From assembly GCA_039177645.1 (NCBI GenBank), contig JBCDFS010000003.1:185693-249692 (forward strand): 64,000 nucleotides of DNA, written 5' to 3'. The DNA is from Pseudomonadota bacterium (GTDB lineage: Bacteria > Pseudomonadota > Alphaproteobacteria > Rhodobacterales > Rhodobacteraceae). Made by a program: the position numbers and the translations under genes. Positions within the stretch are counted from its first letter, which is position 1. Each line of letters starts with the position of its first letter. Below the pieces are notes generated by a model, which was not told where the DNA came from, searched no databases, and was given only the letters and a program-made list of their open reading frames with translations. Shown one piece after another: positions 9,302 to 18,388 of the stretch.

Positions 9302-9991
9302 TTAGACCGGCACCAAACGGTAGCCGCCAGGTTCGGTGACCAGGATACGGGCGTTGGAGGGATCGGGCTCGATTTTCTGGCGCAGGCGGTAGATGTGGGT
9401 CTCCAGCGTGTGGGTGGTGACACCGGCATTGTAACCCCAGACCTCGTGCAACAGGATGTCGCGCGCGACGACTTCCGAGCCGGAGCGATAGAGGAATTTG
9501 AGGATATTGGTTTCCTTCTCGGTGAGCCGGATCTTTTTCTCCTGCTCATCGAGCAGCATCTTGGCCGCGGGCTTGAACGTGTAGGGTCCCACCGCGAAGA
9601 CCGCGTCTTCGGATTGCTCGTGCTGGCGGAGTTGGGCGCGGATCCGGGCCAGAAGCACCGGGAGCTTGAACGGCTTGGCGATGTAATCGTTCGCTCCGGC
9701 ATCGAGGCCCAGGATCTGATCGCTGTCTGTCGTGTGGCCGGTGAGCATGATGACCGGCGTTTTGACGCCCTGCTTGCGGATGAGGCGGCAGACTTCGCGA
9801 CCGTCCATATCGGGGAGACCTACATCGAGCAGGATCAGGTCATGGTGCTGTTCCTTGGCCCGCGTGAGCCCGTCGCCGCCATCACCCGCCTCGAAAACGT
9901 CGAATTCCTCGGTGAGGACGAGCTGGTCGGCGAGCGCTTCCCGAAGATCGTTATCGTCATCGATCAACAGGATTTTCTTCAGTATAGTCAT
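9302..9991 (-). CDS. OmpR/PhoB-family response regulator
   Basis: ILLIDDD, LLDVGLPDMDG, GANDYIAKPF and winged-helix tail THTLETHIYRLRQKIE; ATG at 9991. Confidence 0.95.
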   Translation of the reverse strand: MTILKKILLIDDDNDLREALADQLVLTEEFDVFEAGDGGDGLTRAKEQHHDLILLDVGLPDMDGREVCRLIRKQGVKTPVIMLTGHTTDSDQILGLDAGANDYIAKPFKLPVLLARIRAQLRQHEQSEDAVFAVGPYTFKPAAKMLLDEQEKKIRLTEKETNILKFLYRSGSEVVARDILLHEVWGYNAGVTTHTLETHIYRLRQKIEPDPSNARILVTEPGGYRLVPV

Positions 9992-10150
9992 GGTTTGTCT
10001 CCCTTCCCGCGTTGAGGTGCTGGCTTTCCTTGCATCGGGCAATATTTGTGTCGCACCTCTCACGTCACTGTGTCTCCGGGGAGGCTTTTGTTTCATCGCT
10101 GCGACAAAGCGGCTAAGACCACGGGCCTGAGGGGAGGGCCGGACGGACGC

Positions 10151-11242
10151 ATGAGCCTGACACTGACACAAGCGGAGCATCTCGCGCGGGCGCGCTCCGA
10201 TCTGCGCATGGGCGTGGCGGTGGTGATTTCCAGCTCAGCCGAAGATGCGCTTGTCGTCGCCGCCGAGGCGGTCACGGGAGACCGGCTGGCCGATCTTCGC
10301 GCACGGGGCACGACCGATCTGGCGATCACCGGGCGGCGGGCGGAAACGCTAAAGGCGCGTGCCTATGACGGAGACTTGGCCCGTGTGGTCTTGCCGGGCG
10401 ACGCGAATTTGGCTTGGGTGCGTGCCTCCTCCGATCCGTCGGCAGACCTGCTCTATCCGCTGAAGGGGCCTTACATGACCCGTCGGGACGGCGCGGCGGA
10501 TCTGCACCGGGCGGCGATCGCGTTGTGCAAGCAGGCGCATCTCCTGCCCGCCGCTTTGGTGACGCCCCTCACCCGGGAGGCGGCGCAGGATCTGGTAGCG
10601 CGCGAACGGCTCAGCCGCGTCGAGACCTGCGACCTGCCGCTCCAGCGCCCCGACGCCGATATGCAGGAGATCGCCTCGGCCCGTGTGCCGCTGGAGATTT
10701 CCGAGGCCGGGCGGGTGCGGGTGTTTCGGCCCCTCGATGGCGCGGAAGAACACTATGCGGTGGAGGTTGGCGCGCCTGACCGCCAAGCGCCGGTTCTCTG
10801 TCGTCTGCACTCGGCCTGCTTTACCGGCGACCTGATCGGCAGCTTGAAATGCGATTGCGGGCACCAGCTGCGCACCGCTTTGGAGCAGATCGGCAGCGAG
10901 GGTGCGGGGGTGTTGCTCTATCTCAACCAGGAGGGCCGCGGCATCGGGCTTGCCAACAAGATGCGCGCCTATTCACTCCAGGATCAGGGCTTCGATACGG
11001 TCGAGGCCAATCACCGGCTCGGCTTCGAGGACGATGAGCGAGACTTTCGGATCGGTGCCAATATGCTGCGGCGCATGGGCTTTTCGCAGGTGCGGCTTAT
11101 GACCAACAATCCTGCGAAGCTTGAGATGATGGCGGGTTGCGGCCTCGCCGTCGCCGAGCGTGTGCCGCTCAAGGTCGGGCGCGGGACGCATAACGACCAA
11201 TATCTCCAGACCAAGGCCAAGAAGAGCGGCCATCTGCTTTGA
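10151..11242 (+). CDS. ribA: GTP cyclohydrolase II
   Basis: RLHSACFTGDLIGSLKCDCG, QEGRGIGL, DERDF and MTNNPAK motifs; alphaproteobacterial N-terminal extension. Confidence 0.93.
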   Translation: MSLTLTQAEHLARARSDLRMGVAVVISSSAEDALVVAAEAVTGDRLADLRARGTTDLAITGRRAETLKARAYDGDLARVVLPGDANLAWVRASSDPSADLLYPLKGPYMTRRDGAADLHRAAIALCKQAHLLPAALVTPLTREAAQDLVARERLSRVETCDLPLQRPDADMQEIASARVPLEISEAGRVRVFRPLDGAEEHYAVEVGAPDRQAPVLCRLHSACFTGDLIGSLKCDCGHQLRTALEQIGSEGAGVLLYLNQEGRGIGLANKMRAYSLQDQGFDTVEANHRLGFEDDERDFRIGANMLRRMGFSQVRLMTNNPAKLEMMAGCGLAVAERVPLKVGRGTHNDQYLQTKAKKSGHLL

Positions 11243-11739
11243 GCGCTGAGGACCTCGTCATCGGCCCATGGGGCGCGCGGTTTCGCGGCCGCTGGTTTCC
11301 CTGCGCCGTGGGGCGTGGCGGGATCGGCGAGAAGCGCGCGGAAGGCGACGGGGTGACGCCTGTGGGGCGCCACCGCATCGAGTGGGTCTATGTGCGGCCC
11401 GACCGGGTCTGGTTGTACTCTCCCCTTCAGAGACGGGCGATTGGCCACCGGGATGCCTGGTCTGACGACCCCGCCGATCCGAATTATAATGCGCCGGTTC
11501 AACGCCCGAGGCGCCTTTCGCACGAAGCGATGCGGCGACCCGATGGGCTTTACGACATTGTGGCCGTTCTCGATTGGAACCGGGCGCCGGTGAAGCCCGG
11601 GCGCGGCAGCGCGATCTTCCTGCATGTTTGGCGCGCGCCCCGGCGCCCGACCGAAGGCTGCGTTGCGTTTCGGCGGCGCGATCTGATGTGGATCCTGGAG
11701 CATTGGCGGCGGGGCGGCCGGGTCGTGATCCGGGCCTGA
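11239..11739 (+). CDS. L,D-transpeptidase (YkuD-like) family protein
   Basis: EGDGVTP, WSDDP.DP.YN and GSAIFLHVW...PTEGCVAF (HxxxxxxxxxTxGC catalytic motif); overlaps the ribA stop. Confidence 0.85.
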   Translation: MSAEDLVIGPWGARFRGRWFPCAVGRGGIGEKRAEGDGVTPVGRHRIEWVYVRPDRVWLYSPLQRRAIGHRDAWSDDPADPNYNAPVQRPRRLSHEAMRRPDGLYDIVAVLDWNRAPVKPGRGSAIFLHVWRAPRRPTEGCVAFRRRDLMWILEHWRRGGRVVIRA

Positions 11740-11755
11740 GCGCTGGATTTCGGGT

Positions 11756-13582
11756 TCAGGCAGCGCCCTCGTCCCGCTCGGCGGCCTGGTTGGCCCACAT
11801 TGAGGCATAGCGCCCGCGCTGCTCCAGGAGCTCCTCGTGGGTCCCCTGCTCTGACACAACGCCTTTTTCCAAGACGATGATCCGGTCGGCATCGACCACT
11901 GTGGAGAGCCTGTGCGCGATGGTGATGACCGTTCGGCCCAGAGCCGTTGCCTGGAGGCTCACCTGAATTTCGCGCTCCGTCTCGGTGTCGAGCGCGCTGG
12001 TGGCTTCGTCGAGCAGGAGGATCGGCGGGTCCTTCAGGAGGGTTCGCGCAATCCCGACGCGCTGCTTCTCGCCGCCAGAGAGCTTGAGGCCGCGTTCGCC
12101 AACCACAGTGTTGTAGCCTTTGGGGAGGGCCATGACGAAGTCATGGATCTGCGCCGCCCGGGCCGCGTCTTCGATCTCCTCCGGCGTGGCATCCGGGCGG
12201 CCATAGGCGATGTTATAGCCAATCGATTCGTTGAAGAGGACCGTGTCTTGGGGGACGATGCCGATCTGCGACCGCAGGCTCGTTTGCGTCACATCTCTCA
12301 CGTCCTGGCCGTCGATCAGGATCGCCCCGCCGCTCACATCGTAGAAGCGAAACAGCAAGCGGCCTATGGTCGATTTCCCCGAGCCCGACGGCCCAACGAT
12401 GGCAAGTGTGCCCTCCGGCGGCACCACGAGCGAGAGATTGGAGAGAATCTCGCGTTCGTCATAGCCGAAGGAGACGTTGCGGAATTCGATTTCGCCGCCA
12501 TCGACCTCGATCGGGCCCGCCTCCGGCCGATCCTCAATCTCTGGGTGCTGGCGCAGGAGCGCGAGCATGGCCGCCATATCGACAAGGGCCTGGCGGATCT
12601 CGCGGTAGACCGTGCCCAGAAAATTCAGCGGCATGGTGATTTGGATCATGTAGGCGTTGACCATGACGAAATCGCCGACCGTCAGATCTCCCGATTGGAC
12701 GCCGAGCGCTGCCATTACCATGACGGAAACAAGGCCCGTGGAGATCAGCGCCGATTGCCCGAAATTGAGCCAGGCGAGCGACACCCACGTCTGGATCGCC
12801 GCGGTCTGATAACCGCGCATCGACTCGTCGTAGCGCGCTGTCTCGCGCTCTTCGGCGTTGAAATACTTCACCGTCTCGAAATTGAGCAGGCTGTCGATCG
12901 CCTTTTGGTTGGTATCGGTGTCGCGCTCATTCATCCGCCGCCGGATCTTCACCCGCTTCTCGGACACGATGAAGGTGAAGAGCGAGTAGACGGAGATGGT
13001 TCCGATCACCACCGCGAAGTAGGAAACCCCGAAAATCCAGAGCAGAATGACCGCCACCAGGACCAGTTCGAACACCAGCGGCACAATCGAGAAGATCAAG
13101 AACCGCAGCAGGAACTCCACGCCCTTCACGCCGCGCTCGATGATCCGGCTCAACCCGCCGGTTTTGCGCGTGATGTGGTAGCGGAGGCTCAGGGCATGGA
13201 TATGTTGGAATGTCTCCAATGCGATAAGCCGCAGCGCGCTTTGCCCGACGCGCGCAAAGAGACCGTCCCGAAGCTGGGTAAACCCAACGCCTGCGAGCCG
13301 GATCAACGCATAGAAGACCGTGAGCGCGACAGGCCCGGCGATGAGCAGGAAGTTCGCCGTATCCTCAACCTGCGAGGGGGCCATGCCGTCGACCGCAGCG
13401 CGGAAGAAGAAGGGGGTCGACACGGTGGCGACCTTGGCGAGCACAAGTGCGAGGAGTGCTAGGACGACACGGACCCGCAGCCCCGCGGCATTGGCTGGCC
13501 ACAGATATGGCAGGACTTTGCGAATGGTCTGCCAGCCGGAATCGCCTTGTTCCGTTTGCGCGTCTTCGGGAGGGCTGGACAT
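11756..13582 (-). CDS. ATM1/HMT-type ABC half-transporter (permease + ATPase)
   Basis: HALSLRYHITRKTGGL, DSLLNFETVKYFN, GPSGSGKST, LSGGEKQRV and LLDEATSALD motifs. Confidence 0.93.
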   Translation of the reverse strand: MSSPPEDAQTEQGDSGWQTIRKVLPYLWPANAAGLRVRVVLALLALVLAKVATVSTPFFFRAAVDGMAPSQVEDTANFLLIAGPVALTVFYALIRLAGVGFTQLRDGLFARVGQSALRLIALETFQHIHALSLRYHITRKTGGLSRIIERGVKGVEFLLRFLIFSIVPLVFELVLVAVILLWIFGVSYFAVVIGTISVYSLFTFIVSEKRVKIRRRMNERDTDTNQKAIDSLLNFETVKYFNAEERETARYDESMRGYQTAAIQTWVSLAWLNFGQSALISTGLVSVMVMAALGVQSGDLTVGDFVMVNAYMIQITMPLNFLGTVYREIRQALVDMAAMLALLRQHPEIEDRPEAGPIEVDGGEIEFRNVSFGYDEREILSNLSLVVPPEGTLAIVGPSGSGKSTIGRLLFRFYDVSGGAILIDGQDVRDVTQTSLRSQIGIVPQDTVLFNESIGYNIAYGRPDATPEEIEDAARAAQIHDFVMALPKGYNTVVGERGLKLSGGEKQRVGIARTLLKDPPILLLDEATSALDTETEREIQVSLQATALGRTVITIAHRLSTVVDADRIIVLEKGVVSEQGTHEELLEQRGRYASMWANQAAERDEGAA

Positions 13583-13589
13583 GAACTCG

Positions 13590-14804
13590 CTAGGGCTGGC
13601 CGGAGCTCGGGATAGCTATCACCTGCCCTGGATAAATCAAGTTCGGGTCTCGGATCAGATCCCGGTTCGCGGTAAAGATGAGCGTGTAGAGCACGCCGCT
13701 GCCGTAATGCTCCTGGGCGATGGTCCAGAGCGTTCCGCCGGGTTGGACGGTGGCGATGAGCTCTCCTGCCTGCCCCTCGCCGGGAGGTCCGGGCCGAGGC
13801 CTTGGGCCGGTCATCAGGTCGCGCTGGAACGGGGTTTCGACCCGGCTGGCCACGCCGCCCTCGAGGTCGAGCTGGTCGATCCGGAGCTGGTGCAGGCCAA
13901 GTTCGACGCCATCGAGGCGTACGAGCCAGCCTCCATCGCGGTCAATCGCCGATTCTGCGGCGAGCTCATTGTCCATGTAGATGCGAATTTCCGTTTCCGC
14001 CGGACCCCGCCCGGACAATTCGACGAGGCCATCCCGCGTGTAGGAGATACTCGCGAGGGTGACTTGCTCCTCCCGAACGATTTCTTCCGCATCCGTGTTA
14101 GACGTGACTTCGACCGATCCTGGCCGCAGAATTGCCGTGGCGCCGATCTCCGGCCCGGCTGCTTCGTCCTCTGCCCCGTTTGCCTCACTCTCGCGAGGGA
14201 AGAGCATGACAACGGCATCGGAGGGCACGGCTGGGCCGTCGGGACCTTCGGCCTCGATTGAGAGCGCCACCGGGTCCTGCGTGGGTTCGGCCTCGAAGAA
14301 GGCGACGAAATTTCCGTCTGCATCCGCCTCGACGGACGCCAAAAGGATGCCTTCTGCGAAGATCGAAACGGTCCATCCGGGTTCGGCATTGCCCGCAACG
14401 AGCGCCGTGCCATCGGGCTCGACGCGCACGATGTCAAAGCTGGGCGCGCGCCCTTCCGGCAGCTCGGGGGCAGGATCCTGCGCCTCGGCCTCGGCGGCTG
14501 GCGATTCCTCCGCCGCTGGCTCCACTACTTCGGGTTCGGCCTCTGCTTCAACTGGGCCTCCCGGTGGCGCGGAGCTGTCTTCCGGTTCCGGCTCAACCTC
14601 TATCGGCAGGCTCGCGACGTCTTGGGGCTCGACCTCGGGGGGAGCCGATGCCACCACGGACAGAGCATCTTGCGATTGAGCAGATGTCTGATCCGGCGCC
14701 GGACGGTTCGGGATAAGCGCAAAACCCAGCGCGGCCAGAACGCCACCGCCAAGCAACACCGCGAGCGCGGTGTCTGTCTTGCGTCTCGCGCGAGTTTCGT
14801 CCAA
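13590..14804 (-). CDS. Membrane-anchored LysM peptidoglycan-binding protein with Ig-like domains
   Basis: N-terminal TM, acidic Pro/Glu linker, PSFDIVRVEPDG, C-terminal TVQPGGTLWTIA...NPNLIYPGQV-type LysM; TTG start at 14804 after GAGG is inferred. Confidence 0.85.
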   Translation of the reverse strand: MDETRARRKTDTALAVLLGGGVLAALGFALIPNRPAPDQTSAQSQDALSVVASAPPEVEPQDVASLPIEVEPEPEDSSAPPGGPVEAEAEPEVVEPAAEESPAAEAEAQDPAPELPEGRAPSFDIVRVEPDGTALVAGNAEPGWTVSIFAEGILLASVEADADGNFVAFFEAEPTQDPVALSIEAEGPDGPAVPSDAVVMLFPRESEANGAEDEAAGPEIGATAILRPGSVEVTSNTDAEEIVREEQVTLASISYTRDGLVELSGRGPAETEIRIYMDNELAAESAIDRDGGWLVRLDGVELGLHQLRIDQLDLEGGVASRVETPFQRDLMTGPRPRPGPPGEGQAGELIATVQPGGTLWTIAQEHYGSGVLYTLIFTANRDLIRDPNLIYPGQVIAIPSSGQP

Positions 14805-14949
14805 GGGTTCTGCCTCTGTTACGGTATATCCTGACCGCGGGTTCGGGGGTTTATCAGACCCTTTCGTGATGTCGCGCCGCCCGCGACCATCTGGAATATA
14901 TGCTAAATCTCCCAAGACTTGTCATCAAGTCTTCACAAAGGAGCCTGCC

Positions 14950-15510
14950 GTGCCGACGAGCACTTTGAGATCGGTCTGTGTCTTCTGTGGCGCGCGCCAC
15001 GGGGTTTCTCCGGGGTATACGAAAGCGGCCCAGGATCTTGGGGCTGGCCTAGCGGCGCATGGGCTTCGGCTGGTGTTTGGCGCGGGCGATGTGGGTCTGA
15101 TGGGGGAAGTGGCCCGCGCCGCTCAGACCGCCGGGGGCGTCACGTTCGGCGTGATCCCCAAGCATCTCATGGAGATGGAAGTGGGGAAGCGAGATCTCAG
15201 CCATCTTGTCGTTACCGAGACGATGCATGAGCGCAAGAAGGTCATGTTCATGAATGCTGATGCCATCGTTGCCCTGCCGGGCGGCGCGGGCACGCTGGAC
15301 GAATTGTTCGAGGTGCTGACATGGCGGCAACTCGGGCTGCATGAAAAGCCGGTCTATTTGCTCAATGCCGAAGGGTATTGGGACCCGCTGCTCGCAATGC
15401 TCGACAACATGCGCGATCAAGGCTTCATTGACGATGCGTTCTTGGCGACGCTCACGCCGACCTCGAGTGTTTCGGAGTTGCTCGGTGCGTTGCGCGCGGC
15501 TCTCTGCTGA
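14950..15510 (+). CDS. LOG-family (TIGR00730) nucleotide phosphoribohydrolase
   Basis: VCVFCGA, GLMGEVA, MHERK and PGGAGTLDELFE motifs; GTG start at 14950. Confidence 0.92.
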   Translation: MPTSTLRSVCVFCGARHGVSPGYTKAAQDLGAGLAAHGLRLVFGAGDVGLMGEVARAAQTAGGVTFGVIPKHLMEMEVGKRDLSHLVVTETMHERKKVMFMNADAIVALPGGAGTLDELFEVLTWRQLGLHEKPVYLLNAEGYWDPLLAMLDNMRDQGFIDDAFLATLTPTSSVSELLGALRAALC

Positions 15511-16397
15511 CGCAGGCCCGACGCCACATAGATGGCAAGCGCGGTCCAGATCAGGGCAAAGGCGATCATGTGCGGGACGGTGAAGGGCTCGCCGAACACC
15601 GCCACGGCCACGCTGAATTGCAGCGTCGGGTTCAAATACTGAACGAGACCAATTGTCGCATAGCGCACATGCTGCGCAGCGTAGGACATCAGGATGAGCG
15701 GTGTTGCGGTGATCGGACCCGAGCCCATCAGAAGCAGCGTCGTCGCGAGATCGGCACCGAACGCGCCCGCGCTCGCCCCGGACCCGCCCCCTTGCGCGCC
15801 CGGCGCGGCACCAAGCCAGATCAGGTAGGCCAGGACCCAAGGCGCAAGGATGAGCGTTTCGGCGAAGACGCTGACCATCGGGTCGATGCTGATGCGCTTT
15901 TTCAACACGCCGTAGAAGCCAAAGCTGGCCGCGAGGACAAGCGCGATCCAAGGCGGCGCGCCGAGCCCGACGGTCAGAACCAGGACGGCAAAGGATGCGA
16001 GCCCGAAGGCCACGGCCTGCGCGCGGGTGAAGCGCTCGCCGAAGACGAGATAGCCGAGGGCCACCGCAAGCAACGGGAAGCAGTAATAGCCAAGGCTTGC
16101 CTCCAGGGCGCGGCCGACCTGGATCGCATAGATAAACAGAAACCAGTTGAAACTGATGGTGAGCGCCGCGAGACAGAGCGGGCCGGTAGTCCCTGGCCTA
16201 TTCCTGTAGACGCGCAGGTCCTTGAGCCGCTTCCGAGCCGCGAGGATGAGACCGAAAAACACCGCGCTCCAGACGATCCGGTGACACACCACCTCCAAGG
16301 CAGGCACATGATCGAGCGCCTTGTAGTAGAGCCCCGAAAGCCCCCAAACCGTGGCCGCCGCGGTCATCGCGAGCAATCCCCAGAGCGTTTGCGTCAT
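15417..16397 (-). CDS. rarD: EamA-family transporter RarD
   Basis: EVVCHRIVWS, NWFLFIYAI, EASLGYY and GLVQYLNPTLQF motifs. Confidence 0.9.
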   Translation of the reverse strand: MTQTLWGLLAMTAAATVWGLSGLYYKALDHVPALEVVCHRIVWSAVFFGLILAARKRLKDLRVYRNRPGTTGPLCLAALTISFNWFLFIYAIQVGRALEASLGYYCFPLLAVALGYLVFGERFTRAQAVAFGLASFAVLVLTVGLGAPPWIALVLAASFGFYGVLKKRISIDPMVSVFAETLILAPWVLAYLIWLGAAPGAQGGGSGASAGAFGADLATTLLLMGSGPITATPLILMSYAAQHVRYATIGLVQYLNPTLQFSVAVAVFGEPFTVPHMIAFALIWTALAIYVASGLRQQRAARNAPSNSETLEVGVSVAKNASSMKP

Positions 16398-16477
16398 GTG
16401 GGTCGTGCTCCGGCCTTGGCTTCATTCGATCTGCGTTCTCAACGCTGGCCATAGACGATCGCCCAGCGCGCTGCACG

Positions 16478-16507
16478 AAAAAACCCGGCCCAAAGGGAGC
16501 CGGGTTC
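16478..16507 (-). terminator. Intrinsic terminator downstream of sodB
   Basis: AAAAACCCGGC-ccaaaggga-GCCGGGTT; U-tract on the minus strand. Confidence 0.7.
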
Positions 16508-16542
16508 TCGGAGCCCGTTGTTGGGGCTACAGCGCGGCGCGC

Positions 16543-17142
16543 TTAGAGCTTGGAGGCGACGTATTCCCAGTTCACGAGCTTTTCGAGGAAGTTCGAGAGA
16601 TAGGCCGGACGCTTGTTGCGGAAGTCGATATAGTAGGAGTGCTCCCACACATCACAGCCGAGCAGTGCGGTCTGACCGAAGCAAAGCGGGTTCACGCCGT
16701 TCTCGGTCTTGGTGACCTTTAGAGCACCGTCGGCCTCGGCCACGAGCCAACACCAGCCCGAGCCAAACTGGCCCGCGCCCGCAGCGGCGAAATCGGTCTT
16801 GAACTGATCGACCGACCCGAAGCATTCCGCGATCCGGCTTTCGAGTTCACCAGGCATCTTGCTCTCGCCCGGGCCCATCATTTCCCAGAACTGCATGTGG
16901 TTCCAATGCTGGGAGGCATTGTTGAAGATGCCCGACTGGGCCACGGCGTCGCTGCTATAGGTTCCCTTGACGATGTCCTCGAGATCCTTGCCTTCCCATT
17001 CGGTGCCGGCGATCAGCTTTTTGCCGTTATCGACATAGGCTTTGTGGTGGATGTCGTGGTGAAACTCGAGCGTTTCGCGGGACATGCCGGCGTCTGCCAG
17101 GGCATCGTGGGAGTACGGAAGATCGGGAAGTTCAAAAGCCAT
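16543..17142 (-). CDS. sodB: Superoxide dismutase, Fe-type signature
   Basis: HHDIHH, NNASQHWNH (Fe-type Gln), FGSGW and DVWEHSYY motifs. Confidence 0.95.
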   Translation of the reverse strand: MAFELPDLPYSHDALADAGMSRETLEFHHDIHHKAYVDNGKKLIAGTEWEGKDLEDIVKGTYSSDAVAQSGIFNNASQHWNHMQFWEMMGPGESKMPGELESRIAECFGSVDQFKTDFAAAGAGQFGSGWCWLVAEADGALKVTKTENGVNPLCFGQTALLGCDVWEHSYYIDFRNKRPAYLSNFLEKLVNWEYVASKL

Positions 17143-17341
17143 TCATATCCCCTCAGGTCTAAAGGAAGGCATCCGCAGCCTGGATGCCATTGGGCCGTCG
17201 CCTCGGCTGCGTTATAGGGCGCAGGACGCCGGGGAAAAACCCCTGATCGGCAGAGTGTTTGCCCCTCGGCGGGCATGGCGCCTCGCGGGCGCGTTCTTTA
17301 CGGTGCGGGTGGTGTGAGACGGAGGCGGAGGTCGGCACAAG

Positions 17342-18226
17342 ATGTTCGAAGGATTTCTCGAGGAACGCATCGGCCTGCCAAACGGGATCACGCTCAACGT
17401 CCGGCATGCGGGGGATGGCGCGCCGGTCCTGCTGTTGCACGGCTATCCGCAGACCTCGGCCTGCTGGCATCTTGTCGCACCCAAGCTGCTTGCGGCGGGA
17501 TACCGGGTCATCGTGCCGGATCTGCGCGGTTATGGCGGGTCCGATAAGCCCGCTTCCGCCGCCGATCATTCCACCTATTCCAAGCGCGAAATGGCCAAGG
17601 ATCAGGTTTTGCTCATGCGGCATTTCGGCCATGAGAGGTTTATCCTGGCTGGGCATGATCGGGGTGCGCGAGTGTCGCATCGGCTGACCCTCGACTATCC
17701 CGAATGTGTGTCCAAGGTCGGCATACTCGATATCGCGCCCACGGCCACGATGTACGCCAAAACGGACAAGGCGTTCGCAACCGGTTATTACCACTGGTTT
17801 TTCCTGATCCAGCCCGCACCCTTGCCGGAGACGCTGATTTCAGCGGATGCGGGCTTCTACCTCCGGTCGAAACTCGGCGCGTGGGGCCGGAGCGGCATGT
17901 CTGCCTTCAGTGCCGAGGCGCTGGACGAGTATCAGCGGTGCTTCGACGATCCAGACTGCATCTCCGCCACCTGCGAGGATTACCGTGCGGCAGCCACCAT
18001 CGATTTGGAGCATGACCGGAGCGATGCGGCGAACCGGATCGCCTGCCCGCTCCTGGTGCTTTGGGGCGGCGAGGGGCTGATGGGCCAGCTTTACGACATC
18101 CCGGCTGTCTGGCGCGAGAAGGCAGATCATGTCGAGGGTCATGCGCTGCCCTGCGGACATTTCCTCGCCGAAGAGCAGCCGGAAATGACGGCGGAAGCCC
18201 TCCTAGCCTTCTTCGCAAGGTCATGA
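17342..18226 (+). CDS. Alpha/beta hydrolase, haloacetate (fluoroacetate) dehalogenase-like
   Basis: LLHGYPQT, YSKREMA, GHDRGAR, YYHWFF, CEDYRA and GHFLAEE motifs. Confidence 0.8.
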   Translation: MFEGFLEERIGLPNGITLNVRHAGDGAPVLLLHGYPQTSACWHLVAPKLLAAGYRVIVPDLRGYGGSDKPASAADHSTYSKREMAKDQVLLMRHFGHERFILAGHDRGARVSHRLTLDYPECVSKVGILDIAPTATMYAKTDKAFATGYYHWFFLIQPAPLPETLISADAGFYLRSKLGAWGRSGMSAFSAEALDEYQRCFDDPDCISATCEDYRAAATIDLEHDRSDAANRIACPLLVLWGGEGLMGQLYDIPAVWREKADHVEGHALPCGHFLAEEQPEMTAEALLAFFARS

Positions 18227-18388
18227 CGGGCGGGTCATCTTTCGGGTCGGTCAAAGCACCGAAAGCGGTGTGCAACCAGATTAAACAGATTCTAAAAACT
18301 TTCGCCTCAATCGGCGAAACGTCGTAAAAGGTTCAAAGGCTGCGGCCTACGGTGCAGCCGTTGTCAAACGACAAACTAACCCAGCAGA

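Noticed and set aside
18319-18340. Possible PHO box before phoX
   Set aside because: Only loose similarity to CTGTCAT 11-bp repeats.
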